Assembly (NCBI RefSeq): GCF_006345805.1
Contig: NC_043004.1
Location: 6,882,001-6,946,000 of the forward strand
Reading direction: 5' to 3'
DNA length: 64,000 nucleotides
Origin: Octopus sinensis
Taxonomy: Eukaryota
In this document: positions 15,420 through 29,217 of the stretch, one piece after another
Numbering within the stretch: the stretch's first letter is position 1
Layout of the letters: each line of letters opens with the position of its first letter
Position numbers and translations under genes: made by a program
Notes under the pieces: model-generated
Told to the model about the DNA's origin: nothing
The model's database searches: none
The model's input: only the letters and a program-made list of their open reading frames with translations

Positions 15420-16420
15420 ATGAATGACAATCTGGTTTGGAAATGTCTAAAACATATGACTGATAGTATAAAATATGGTAATGGAAAAAAATGTGAAGGA
15501 AAAACCTTTGTAAGGCAAGTCTACGTAATTTGTGAGTGCAGCATGAGGTGTGCAAAACCTATAGTGTTTCACTGCATTATTCAACAAAAGGCACTTTGCA
15601 AAAACCATTTAGATCTATCAGGTGTGATAGAACCAGTTGTATCAACAGTGAATTTTTATTTGATTGCATGCACTCGATCATGACCAGTTTTGAACCTTTC
15701 TGAAGACCAAAAAAAAAAAAAAAAACGCTAAATGCACAGCAAATTGCTGTACCATACCATTGTAAGATGACTTGACGGTAGTAAAGTTATTTCATGATTT
15801 TTGAACTTCGAGATTTAAAATTGTTTTTTTTTGTTTTTTTTTAATGAGAAGAATTATGCTCTACCACTATTTGCGAACAGTGAATGATTGTGGCAAGTAA
15901 CATTCTCAGTTGACTTAATGATGCATTTTAATAAATTCAGCCCCAGCCGTGAAAATTACAACCAAGAAGCAAATTCTTCATTTCCTTTTAAATTTGCTCA
16001 AGGCATTCTCATTGGTCTGAAGCTAGAGTTTCTACATTTTCTCGGATCTTGATGAAAATGTAACACCATTAAAAATCTTTCAAAATCCATTTGGCTGCAT
16101 TAGCAAAGAACTTTCAACACATTTTCAACTAAGAAGTTATTGACTTGGAGTCAAATGACAAGTTACAAGGGAAAATTTGATTGACTTTCTTTCATACATG
16201 CCTTCCACATGAAAGATATATGCTTTAAAGTCTTTGGTTCAGAGATGGGATTTAACATCTGATACAATATATAAATGTGAGAAAAAACATTTTCAAAGAT
16301 GAGGTACATTAAGTCTGTTTACAGATCAATGTTAAATGATCACAACTTACAGTCAGCTTTAATCACAAGATCTACAAAATTTTGGCCATAATTAGAAAAA
16401 ATTTTGTCCCTTAACCATTG
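15420..16420 (+). mobile_element. Degenerate hAT transposase (SPIN/Charlie/GTF2IRD2-like) remnant
   Basis: Motifs FHCIIQQKALC (HCIIHQEALC), YHTIVR*L (YHTxVRWL) and a C-terminal dimerisation segment ~CEK.FSKMRYIKSVYRSMLND, broken by stops and frameshifts. Confidence 0.8.
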
Positions 16421-18129
16421 CAGATAAATAAACAAAACCATAGCATATGCCATCAGTAATTACTCATGGTAGGCAATTGGCGACCTTTATGTAGTAAACC
16501 ACATGAAAAATAAGCGAAACAAATGTACATGACTGAGTTGAAGGCAGATCTGCCTTTATAGCACAAAGAAAATGGTGTTGTAGAAATGTATCCAGCACAT
16601 GTACTACAGCAATACTATGGGTAGCTTAAATACTGAGATAGAAAAGCAGGGGTGAATTATGCCTACCCAATCTACAAAAAAATAAAACATTTTGCATTTT
16701 ATACATAGTAATCAAACTAACCTTCATAATTTTATTGAATTAGGTGCATATTTTGCCATGAGAGGAAAATGTTGCTATCGAACTATCTACCTAGGCAGCA
16801 CATCCCTGGTGTAACTTTGTGTGAACATGATTCATTTCTATATTTGTTTGGGTTTGCAAGACATAAAACCATCTCTAATCCAGCCCACAAGCTAACTTTT
16901 TAATTACATACCCTTGTGCTTGGGTCTGTGGAAGCTCATCATTTACACACACACACACACTTGTGTATTAAGGCTATCATTGGTTTCACGTCAAGAAAAT
17001 ATGTTAATATCTTAATTTTTCAAGCCAATCACATGGAAGAATATGTTCAATTCTATTTTAGAGATGAACACCATCTACCACATTCACTCACAAGGCATTG
17101 GTTAGCCTGTGGCTACTGTAAGAAACACTTGCCAGTTGCCTAATGTGCCACACAGTAGGACTGAACATGAAACCGTATGGTTGAAAAGTGAGCTTCTTAA
17201 CCACACAGCCATGCTGAGCTAAAATAAAGTCAAGTGAGATTCCAGAGCAGAAATATTAAATTTTTGCATAAAACTGGAGAAAAACAAGCTAAATAAACAG
17301 TAAAAAAAATGGCCTAATAATATAATGTTTGTAAGTAGCTTAACGTGTAGTTATTAATTTGATTAATTAGTGGTTGGATGACTTATAAGTTTCCTTTTCA
17401 AATCCCAAAATTAATAAAGCTTCAATCATAGATGTTTATGTTAAACTAGGTCATTGAAATATCACTAAAAACAGTTCCAGAAAAAACAAACAACAATACA
17501 ACCAACCAAACTTCATTTTCTTTTCTATCACCAACTTACTTAAGAACACTTTATAGGTGTATTTTCATAGATTAGTTCTACTGCATACAATTTCCTTGAC
17601 AGTCACCTTCCTAAGATCCTAAGTCATTTCTATGTAAATAGAAAAGTGAACCATTTGTGAAGTGGAGAGAATGAATAATGCTTGCAATGATAACCCTGAC
17701 CCACCCCTACTATTTTACCTTCAAATCAGGTTTAGCTCTAAATCAGCTCTGATTGGGCAGGTCTGCAATCAATAGTTTTTCAGTTATGACCATCCTGTCT
17801 TTTTCAGCCATGGTTTAACTAAAATATTAACATATTTAATGCAGGGAGTACTAAAGAGATAACTATAACTCCTTATTTAATTGGATTATGTCATGCTGTA
17901 GATTTCAAATAAGAATGAAATGATGATATATATGATTACTTATGATTACAAATTTTAAGACCTTTGTAACGAGAGAGAAAAAAATATTAAATATCTATAT
18001 TCTATGTATATATCTTCTTCATTGCATTTTGATTAAAAATTTCAACTTCTAATCTTGCTTTGATTGATCTAGAAGAGATTATCTCCCTTACTATAACTAG
18101 CCACCAGGGCACACCACATGTTAAAAATA

Positions 18130-18597
18130 CTTCTTTTGTTATAGCCCTGGGCCGTCCAAAGCCTTGTGAAGGAATTTGGCAGACAGGAAATAAGAAAAAA
18201 AAACTGTCATAAAAGGAACAAGCACTTTCACACACATGTATACACACAACAGACTTTCCACCTACCAAATTCACTTGCAAGGCTTTGGTCAGCCTGCCAT
18301 ATATATATATTTATATATATGCACACACGTGCATGTGTGCAAGTTTATGCATGTTTGTGACTCCTTGTCTTGACTGTGTAACAGTTGTAAACAAGTGTCA
18401 CTGCCATATAAGCAATGGCTTTCATTTCCAATGTTCTGTGGAAACATGTCTGGCCACAGGAAAATATGATCTTGCTTGGAAATAGGTAAAGGTTGGTGAC
18501 AGGAAGGGTAACTGGCTGTAGAAAATTTACCTCAATAAACTTAGTTCAACCCATACAAACAAGAAAAAGTAAACGTTAAAATGATAATGATGATGAT
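18130..18597 (+). mobile_element. SINE with family-A body but RTE-derived 3' tail. Related copies: ~2215-2560(-), 3490-3935(-), 34895-35330(+), 40090-40455(-), 60480-60840(-)
   Basis: Same CORE-like body as family A, then a different middle. The 3' end (ggaaggg...ctgtagaaa...aacccat...cgttaaaatgataatgatgat) matches the tail of the RTE at 25338. Confidence 0.7.
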
Positions 18598-19003
18598 GGG
18601 AGACAACACTGAATATATTTTCGCCATCAGTAAAGCAAACCCTTCACTACATCTGCTGAAGCAGAGATGAAAGAATTATCGCAACCTATATTATCCTATA
18701 AAAAACATTTTCTTTTTAAGACAGTATGGCTATGAAAAATATTTTTAGAAGGTTAAATGACCAGGTAGATTATCACACATTGACTCATAGCAGTTTCTTT
18801 TCTCCCCCACCCACCCCCACTACTGAATATTGAATCTATCATTAAAAATTCCAGAAGCTGTCTAAATTTCATCCACAAAATCAAATACTGCAGCTTAGGT
18901 AGTCGTCATCATCATTATTGTTATTCAACATCAAGTTTTCCACGTTTGCATAGGTCAGACAGAATTTACATTTGACAGATATTTGCCCTCATCTTTGTTG
19001 TTA

Positions 19004-19047
19004 ACACAACATTTCAGCTGATATACTCTCCAGCCTTCATCAGGTGT
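19004..19047 (-). ncRNA. Minimal type I hammerhead ribozyme motif (Penelope-type), slightly degenerate
   Basis: Minus strand reads acac-CUGAUGA-a-ggcug[gagaguauau]cagcu-GAAA-ug-UU-gugu: stem I acac/gugu, 5-bp stem II, minimal stem III. Confidence 0.65.
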
Positions 19048-22000
19048 CTTGGGGAAACTTTGAACCTGGTTTCTCATTCCTAAGGTATTTTTCGAACTCA
19101 GAATCTTGGAGTTAGTAGCCTGTGCTCTTAACCACTATGCTATATGCCTGTGGGCAATTATGGAGTGAATTTTTTGGCTTATAAATCTAATATTTTTCTA
19201 TCCTTCCTTAACACTGGTTCCCATATGCTGTTCATATCTGTACTCGGTCTGCTTAGGAGGTTGTTGTGTCCTAGCATATGTTGAGGCAGGTTTTCTATGG
19301 CCACATACCCTTCCTGTTGCTGTCACCTGTTTCCAAGTAAAGTAATATTTTACCCATGACCAAAATATCACAGAATATTGTAAACAAAAGACATTGCTTG
19401 TATTACAGTGACACTTGTTTACAACTATCATGCAATATCAAGGAAAGAAGACATAACACACACACACACACACCTCACACACTCACAATGGACTCCTTTC
19501 AGCTTCCACCTACAAAATCAACTCACAATGCTTTGGGTGGCCCAGTGCTTTAGTAGATACCTGCCTAAGGTGCCACACAGTGGAACTGAACCTGGAACCA
19601 TGTGGTTGGGAAGTAAACTTCTTACCACACTCTATTCTTTACATAGTCAGAAACCAAATTTTATTTTAATGCTTACAAGACAATCCACTCACAAATGACA
19701 ATAGATGTATGTTTTCTAGCAAATAGTATATCTGATTCTCGATAAGGTTAGTTACAACCACAATGCAACAGAAAGAATACTATGAGGTGGTTTTACACTG
19801 CTTTCCCCAGATAGCCAAGACAGGTTGGACATTTTAGGAGAGGAGTAAACATATGGTAGTTGTGATATATTTGTCTTCCTCCCCAAGAGCATTAGCAATA
19901 CAAGAGCTATCACCAGAAATTAAAACCAGGTCATGGGCTTAGCATGCCAGGAACTCACAACTACTCTACAGTGATCAGCACAAATTTTTGTGTGTATATA
20001 TGGAAGACAGCCATTAAACAATGATGATAATATATATATATATATATTATCTACATACATACACACACACATTCATACAGAAATACATAAACATTTCAGA
20101 GAGAGAGGGATCTTATATAAAAAGTCTTATATCCTGTGTGTTCTGCCAAAAGACATTCACCAAAACATTTATTTTTCCAAAGTTTCGTACTTACACACAC
20201 ACTTTTTGACCTAGTTAGTATATTATTTTCTACAACTAAAACAGTAATGTATATACTCAGAGAAACTAACACACCAATCTTTCTCAGTACAGCTACACAC
20301 TGCATCATCAGATATGAAAAGTAATTAAAATGAATTATTTATGGGGGGTTGTTGTTTTTTTTTTTTGAAGAATTGCTTCACAAAATTTTAGTAACATCAA
20401 GATATAAACATTACTAATGTTAGTACTAACATATTATTTCATATTTTAACAGTCCCTTTATCATTATCTTTTACTTGTTTCACTTAATGGACTGTGGGCA
20501 TGCTGGAGCACTGTCTTAAAATGCTTTTATAAAACAAATCAATACCAATACTTAAGATTAAATTTTTTTTTTTATCTGGTACTTATTCTATTGGCCTTTT
20601 GCCAAATCATTAAGTTACAAGGATGTCTACAAACCAACACTGGTTGTTAAGCAGTGGTGATAATTACAGACACAAAATCATGCATATATCATCCTCATCA
20701 TTCAATGTCCATTTTCCATTCTGGTATGGTTTGTACAGCTTGACATTAGCTGGCAAGCCAGAGGACTGCATCGAACTCCACTCTGTTTTGCCATGAATTT
20801 TACAGATGGATGCCCTTCATAACACCAACCACTTTACTATATTTTCTTATCTGTTTATAATTGAATGCCATGCAGCCTTGACCACAGTAAGTTCTTACAT
20901 TTTTATATAACTTCTGTAACTCCACACTGTCTTCTTTCCTCCTCTATATTTTCCATTTCTGCCCCAGCCTTCATTATTGTCCTCTTTCTCCCACTCCATA
21001 CTACCTTTCCTTCCTTTTCCCTTCACTTCACTTTTTTCATTCCCCTTTGCCTGTTGCTCACACGTGACTACAAGCCATTTCTCTCTTGCCCGTCTTTTCT
21101 AGATAAGATGTCCATTAGGCTGGACGTCATTTCTCTCATCTCCTGAAATTTTTTACTCTTCTACTATTTTCTTCTCTTCTATTTATTATATTTCCTTCAA
21201 AATTTTCTCCCAGGCGTTACCCATTACAATGCGTCTTGGCCTAACTGCCCTTAAAGTTTGTCTTCGCCAATTGTTTACTTTGCATGTCCACTTTGTTGTT
21301 GTTTGTTCGTTCAAAGCCCTAACTCTCCACAAATTTTATATTTTAAAAATTTCTGGATGCTGCTGTCTTATGAAGTTTTCCTATCTTGTCATTAAAAGCA
21401 CAAAATAGGGAGTAGTAAAATAGTTAACAACTGACGAGTGAGTTATCTTCTTTTGGTATTTTATCCTGTACTTATCTCTCATGTGTTTACATATTTTTCA
21501 CTCGTTGGTGATGGTCCTGTACTTGATATATATTATATGGCAGACTTCCACATTGTTTCCATTTACCATAATCAAGCACAAGTCATTGGCTGACCTAGGG
21601 CTATAATAGAAGACACTTAACCAAAGCGCCACACAATAGGACTGAACCAGAAACCATGTGATTGCTAAACGAGCTTCTTAACCACACAGCCAAGCTTTCA
21701 CCTAGTCAATAAAAACAAAATATTTTCCCCCTTTCTTGTTACATGGTATAAGAAATGCAGTTGTGATGTAGTAAAGTACTGACTTAAAATGAGAGAAATT
21801 TTCTGGTGACATTTCCTTTCAACAATCTACTTCCTTTCAGCAAAAACATAGGTGAATACTTTAGGCCAACTAGCTCCTGTGATTCTTGCAAAATCACCAA
21901 CTGATCAGCCTCATTTTCTTTATACTAAACTATTTCTGTACACACACATACACACTCCATACCTCATCATAGCTCTAGATTACTATAGCTTCAGATTAGA

Positions 22001-22101
22001 TAGGCTACAACACCCCTTTTATGACCCAACCATCTGATATCATTCTGACCTTTCTGAATGATCAGATATGGAGAGGGGCTCATGTGAGATTCACTGCTAA
22101 T

Positions 22102-22150
<49 letters not shown>

Positions 22151-24039
22151 TTACATACATACATACACACCATTCAATTTCCAAATACTGTGACCTATTT
22201 CTGCCAGGCAGAGTAAAATAAGAACCTACAACCTAAATATCCAATAAGTATGAGAAGACATGAAGCTGTGAAGTAAACTTCACCACTGCCACCACCATTA
22301 CCACCGTCATCAACACATGAAGAAAACTGAAAATATTCCCATGGCCATAAATTCCGCCACTTAGAGCTGCTAGCAGAACTCTAATCTATGCAATAACAAT
22401 ACTCATTTTGTCTAACTGCTACTATTTCAAGTAAAATAGAGCACAGTGGCAGATTCTAAAATAAAATTATCCTCACTACTTTAAGAGTGACGCGAAACGT
22501 ATAAAAAAAAAAGTACAAGATTTTGAAATTTTCTTCTTCCTTTCTCAGTTTAGAATTACTTGAGCTTTTGAGCTGTTTCAGCTGCAAGAGGCAGTTAAAG
22601 AATACAGCTTCAATTTCTTTTCTCGATCGTTGAAATTACATTAACCCTATAATTTCTTCCGTTTACTTTCCCTGAGGCTTCCATAATACACATATAAACA
22701 CACACTTTCTCTCTCTCTCTTATATACACATATATTTATACATGTATATATAAATATACGTATATAGTCATGCATGTGCATACATACACACACATAGAAA
22801 AAGAGAGATAGATACATAAAAACATGTACTAACATGCTATAATAAAGATAGCGTCGAGGCAGTGATAAATACACACACACAATATCATTACCATCATCAT
22901 CATCATCAACATTTTAACATCCACTTCTCCATGCTTGCATGGGTCACACAGAATTTATTGAGGCTGATTTTCTACAGCTGGATGGCCTTCCTGTCACCAA
23001 CCCTCGCCCTTCAATTTCATAAAATTGGATATAAAAGTGTTTGCTTTTTGGAACATTTGTCTATTCCAGACTGTTTTATATTTAGCCCCAATGACCAACA
23101 GCTTATACTGCTAGTTACTGCGTGATTCTATCTTTTACACATAGTCTGATGAGAGACAGAGTTCCTGAAACAGAATATTCTGTGTAGAAAGACTAGCTAC
23201 AAGAGAATATCATGCATATTTCCAACATTACATGTCTGTGTGTACCATTATCAAGACAGAATATTCACTATCCTAAAAATCATACTATATCTCTTATATA
23301 AACCCAAAGAATGTGGAAACAAAAAATAGTCATGACATTCCTAGCCATGTCATTATGCATGAAACTTCCAGTTTAAAGCTACAGGCCCTGCTGAAGGCTT
23401 GCCTAAGTCAGAAGAGAGCAAACTGCCTCAGTGAAACACAGCCATCTGTTAACAGTCATTTTCAACAAAATCTGCACAGTTCACTTATACAGATTCCAAA
23501 GGTGCTCTTTGTCTCTAAAAGCTCTATTCAAAAGTGTTTAAAGTCTAATAGAAAGTAAAATATTTATTTGTCAAAATTAGAAAAATGATCTCACAATGAT
23601 ATACTGTATTTTCCAACATACAGTAAGGATATTAGGTAGGTTGACTTATGTAAAACTGGTAATGTGTGAACATGTCGTTGACCCAATAGCCAGTGGTACA
23701 GAGTGCTGAAAAGTAGCAAAGGTAGTGTGTGTGTGTGTGTGTGTGTGTGTGAGGGGGACATACACACACATTCTAGCATTGCCACTGGTGCTGAAGCTAT
23801 CTTTCATGCTGGGGGGGGGGGGTCGACAAGTTTAACTGTCAAATATGGAGCTATGAAAAGACTCATGAGACATTTAATCATTGCTTCCAATCACCAGGAG
23901 TTACCATTTTAAAGCCAATCTTTACATACTAATATTTACAGCTTTATCTACTTCAAGTTCCATAGTTCAAAACTATTTATTTCATGTCTTGAAGTTTCTG
24001 AATTCTTCTAATGTAACACACACACACACACACACACAT

Positions 24040-24800
24040 ATGTACATAGATATATACATATATATATATGCATACACATATATGCACATACATATATACA
24101 TGTTTATGCATACACATATATGTACATACATATATACATGTATATGCATACACATATATGTACATACATATATACATGTATATGCATACACATATATGTA
24201 CATACATATATACATGTATATGCATACACATATATGTACATACATATATACATGTATATGCATACACATATGTACATACATATATACATGTATATGCATA
24301 CACATATATGTACATACATATATACATGTATATGCATACACATATATGTACATACATACACATATATGTACATACATATATACATGTATATGCATACACA
24401 TATATGTACATACATATATACATGTATATGCATACACATATAAGTACATACATATATACATGTATATGCATACACATATGTACATACATACATATATATG
24501 CATACACATATATGTACATACATATATATGCATACACATATATGTACATATATACATATATATGCATACACATATATGTACATATATACATATATATGCA
24601 TACACATATATGTACATATATACATATATATGCATACACATATATGTACATATATACATATATATGCATACACATATATGTACATACATACATATATATG
24701 CATACACATATATGTACATACATACATATATATGCATACACATATATGTACATACATACATATATATGCATACACATATATGTACATATATCTATATACG
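24040..24800. repeat. Purine/pyrimidine-alternating minisatellite: a 38-bp unit block followed by a 34-bp unit block
   Basis: tgtacatacatatatacatgtatatgcatacacatata recurs (24121, 24159...) and switches near 24480 to tatgtacatatatacatatatatgcatacacata. Confidence 0.9.
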
Positions 24801-25082
24801 CACATATTCATATATACATATTTAATATATACGTATATACTCACATACATAAATTTAATATAAATTAAAGCAATCTGTATACTCTGTAAAATGGTTGGTG
24901 TTAAGAAAGGCACCCAGCTGCAGAAACCTTGCCAAAAAAGGCAATAGAGATTGGCACAGCTCTCTGTTTTGTCAGCTCTTGTTAAACCATCCAAACCCAT
25001 AACGTTACAATTGAACTCACAAGCTTACAATCGTGAGACAAATGCTCTAACAATTAAACCTCGTGCCTTCATGCACACATAC

Positions 25083-25155
<73 letters not shown>

Positions 25156-25276
25156 CACATATATAAAAATACACACACACACAAATACACATACATATAT
25201 AGACATACACACACATAAACACACATACATATATATACATATATATATATACACACACACACATGCATACACACAC

Positions 25277-25310
<34 letters not shown>

Positions 25311-25337
25311 CCACATACATACATATATACACACATA

Positions 25338-26490
25338 CATCATCATCATCATCGTTTAACGTCCGCTTTCCATGCTGGCATGAGTTGGACGATTTGACTG
25401 AGGACTGGCAAACTAGATGGCTGCACCAGGCTTCAATCTGATCTGGCAGAGTTTCTACAGCTGGATGCTTTCCTAACGCCAACCACTCCAAGAGTGTAGT
25501 GGGTGCTTTTTACATGCCACCGGCACAAGGGCCAGTCAGGCGGTACTGGCAATGCCACGCTCAAATGGTCTTTTTTAAGTGCTACCTGCACAGGAGCCAG
25601 TCCAGCTCAAATATTTTTTCACATGCCACCAGCACAGGTGCCAGTAAAGTGACACTGATAATGATCACACTCGAATGGTGCTTTTTTACGTGTACCCGGC
25701 CTGGAAGCCAGTCAGCTGCTCTGGCAACAATCCCGCTCGAATGGTGCATTTAGCGCTCCACTAGCAAGGATGCCAATCATCAAATTTGATTTCGATTTCC
25801 CTTGCCTCAACAGGTTTTCGCAAGCAGAGTTTAGTATCCAATGAAGGAAATGTATGCATAAGTGGGCTGGTTACACCCCCTGCATAGGCCATGGGTTATG
25901 GTTTCACTTGGCTTGCCGAGTGTTTTCAAGTACAGCATACTTCCAAAGGTCTTGGTCACTAGTTATTGCCTTGGTGAGGCCTAATGTTCAAAGGTTGTGC
26001 TTCACCACCTCATCATAGGTCTTCCTGAGTCTTCCTCTACCACAGGTTCCCTCAACCGCTAGGGTGTGGCACTTTTTCACACAGCTGTCCTCATCCATTC
26101 TCACCACATAACCACACCAGCACAGTCGTCTCTCTCGGACACCACATCTGATGTTTCTTAGGTCCAACTTTTCCCTCAAGGTACTTACACTCTGTCGAGT
26201 ATGCACACTGACATTACACATCCAGCCTAGCATACTGGCTTCATTACTTGCAAGCTTACACATGTCCTCAGCAGTCACAGCCCATGTTTCACTGCCATGT
26301 AGCATGGCTGTTCATACACATGCGTCATACAGTCTACCTTTTACTCTGAGCAAGAGGCCCTTTGTCACCAGCAGAGGTAAGAGTTCTCTGAACTTTGTCC
26401 AGGCTATTCTTATTCTAGCAGCTACACTTTCAGTGCACCCACCCCCGCTACTGATTTGGTCACCTAGGTAACAGAAGCTATCAACTACTT
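25338..26490 (-). mobile_element. 5'-truncated RTE-clade LINE: C-terminal part of ORF, 3' UTR and (GAT)n tail
   Basis: Translation VVDSFCYLGDQIS...RIRIAWTKFREL...*TAMLHGSETWA...RERRLCWCGYVVRMDED...GRGRLRKT is the typical RTE post-RT region. It has an in-frame stop and ends in ...ggacgttaaacgatgatgatg. Confidence 0.9.
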
Positions 26491-26519
26491 CATACATATA
26501 TATACATACACACACACAC

Positions 26520-26572
<53 letters not shown>

Positions 26573-26782
26573 AATATATACACACACATACATATATATA
26601 CACACACACATACATATATATACACACACACACATATATATACACACACACATACATATATATACACACACACATACATATATATACACACACACATATA
26701 TATATATACACACACACACACATACACACATACATATACATATACACATGCACATATATATACACAAATACACTACATTTGG

Positions 26783-26849
<67 letters not shown>

Positions 26850-27046
26850 TACATACATATATATCATCATCATCAACAATTGTAAAGCATATACTAGTGT
26901 CTGCTTTAAAGAGGTAAACATTATCTGACAGTGAACTCAATATTTGGGATAGAGAGAAGGTAACTTGCGCTAATCATATAAAAGAGATTATTCAATGACG
27001 CTTGCTTTTTGACATAAGCATACATACACACACACACACACACACG

Positions 27047-27104
<58 letters not shown>

Positions 27105-27625
27105 GAAAAAGATGTTTATTGTGTGTGTGTGCCTGTGATTTATTTAGGGGCCGTAAAATGAACACTGAGACAACCACATATATTATTAATTTTCATATCT
27201 GAGGAAAGATTTGCATGAGTTACACTTTTGATATTCAAAACAGCAACACACCTAACTTCAACCTACAAAATTCTGTATTCCTATCAACAAAAGCTTGCTA
27301 TTTGTCACCAATTATCTCCCTTCCTCTGCTCTCTTTTTACTTCAATTAACCAAGTGTTATTTGTCACTTCCTGTCAGGTTTTGCCTGAGTGTATACAATA
27401 ATAAGAGATGGAGAAATAGCAGCTATATTTATATAAATAGCAGAAAGGAATAATAGCCAAGTTTTCCTCAAAACACACTCTACTGGCTAATGCATACATC
27501 TATGTCAGCGACAACAATGAAAACTGCTATGCGATAGTTTAACCTGCTAGAAATAGTAGACAAATCCTTCTCAAATCATACCCTACAGTTCTATGTACAT
27601 ATTAATGTGTATATATGTGTGCACA

Positions 27626-27683
<58 letters not shown>

Positions 27684-27706
27684 CATATATATATATACAT
27701 ATATAC

Positions 27707-27737
<31 letters not shown>

Positions 27738-29052
27738 CACCAGCCAATATGGGAACCACTTGACGGTTGCTAAGGCTGCTAGAAATAGCAGTCAAAAACT
27801 CTTTCTAACCACATTCTTCTATCTTATGGGTAGAAGTTGATGAAAGTTGCATAATTAATATTATGATCAGCAGGAATGAAAAATGGAAAAACCTAACTTG
27901 ACTTTCCGCAATTACAAATGAATAAAGAAATGTTTTAAAATAGGTAAATTTTCAAAACCCATTTTGATTCCCTCTTTTATTGATCATGTATTCAATAACA
28001 ATGATGCTTCAAAACTTCATATATTAACATATAGCAAAAGGGAAGAATACAAAATTGATGAAGTCTCAACTTGGTGTCTTGAAGTTATAGAAATAGCAGC
28101 CAAATCTTCATGAAATTACATCATACTGTTTTATGAATGAGCCAACAAAGCAGCCTTTTTGTGATAGGTGGAGTTGTTAAAAATAGTTGCTAAATTGCCC
28201 TTTTATATATGTCTGTGTGCGTGAACTAATAAGAGGGATCGCTAAGTTGTAGCTAGATCTCCTGGAAATATTAGTTAAAAGTCCTTCAAACCACACTTAA
28301 TGGTATGAAGTATATGTATATATATATACACACCAGCAAAGTGAATTATGAAAACAGAGCAAGTAAATATTGCCAAGTCCATAACTGCCAGTAGTCAGGC
28401 AAAGGGTGAACTACAGCAATGAGTTGAAGCAATAAGCTAAAATCTTCACTGAGGCAATTGAATGTAAAACACAATATAACCAGATAGAAGATCAAGTGGA
28501 AGAAAGCCATAGCGCTGACTTATCTAACCAATGTTGCCATAGAAAACCAGATGAGGCTAATGGCAATAATACGGAACAATATTCTTTATAGAATACAATA
28601 GACTAAAAAAATATTTATTCCAAAATTTTCCAGAATGCTAAATGGGTTTAGCCAGTCCCTTTCCACCATAAAGTCTCTTTACATCTTTAAATATAAACAA
28701 TTGTTTTCCTATGACACAAAGCAGGCGCTAGGGAAAAAAAAATTCTATGATTTAAAATATATTTTAATATTTTTGTGCTTTATCATATTTTATTAAAATG
28801 CTGTACATTCTTCATAAGTTTTCATTACAAATTCCTTATTTAAGTTGGTAGATTATTGATTTCAAGGGAAACATCACCATAAAATGTGTTTGATATATAA
28901 AACATTATCATCTTGTGAAACCTGTAATGCTAGTGATAACATCATCATCATCTTTTCATGTTCATTTTTCCATGCTTCCAGGAGTTAGATAGAATTTACT
29001 ACAGATGGATGCCTTTACAGTTACCAACTCCCACCAGTTTCCAAACAATATA

Positions 29053-29217
29053 CTGTATTTTAATATATATAATGAACTCTTTTTTGTCAAAAATTAGGTT
29101 AAAAGATATGGGAGTTTCTTATACATGGATAGTATTAGAATCCCTTACCAAACCTTTTTTTCCAAATTTTAAGCCCCCCCAAAATTAGGGGGTTCCTTTA
29201 TACACATAAAAATATGG
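29053..29217. mobile_element. Tc1/pogo-type MITE inserted in a SINE
   Basis: TA-flanked, ends ctgtatttt / aaaatatgg. The host SINE sequence resumes on both sides. Confidence 0.55.

Noticed and set aside
19091-19148. tRNA gene
   Set aside because: tRNA-like SINE head only; the T arm is truncated and there is no acceptor stem.
21355-21450. Possible hammerhead (cttatga...long hairpin...aaaa-tagtt-aac-aactg)
   Set aside because: Core boxes are mutated and stem I cannot be formed; too degenerate to call.
23881-25000. Long 259-314 aa ORFs on both strands
   Set aside because: They arise from stop-free TA/CA/TG repeats and are open in most frames; not coding.
28330-28680. Possible pogo/Tigger transposase remnant (minus strand, G.DWLNPF)
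   Set aside because: Only one short motif is recognisable; insufficient support.
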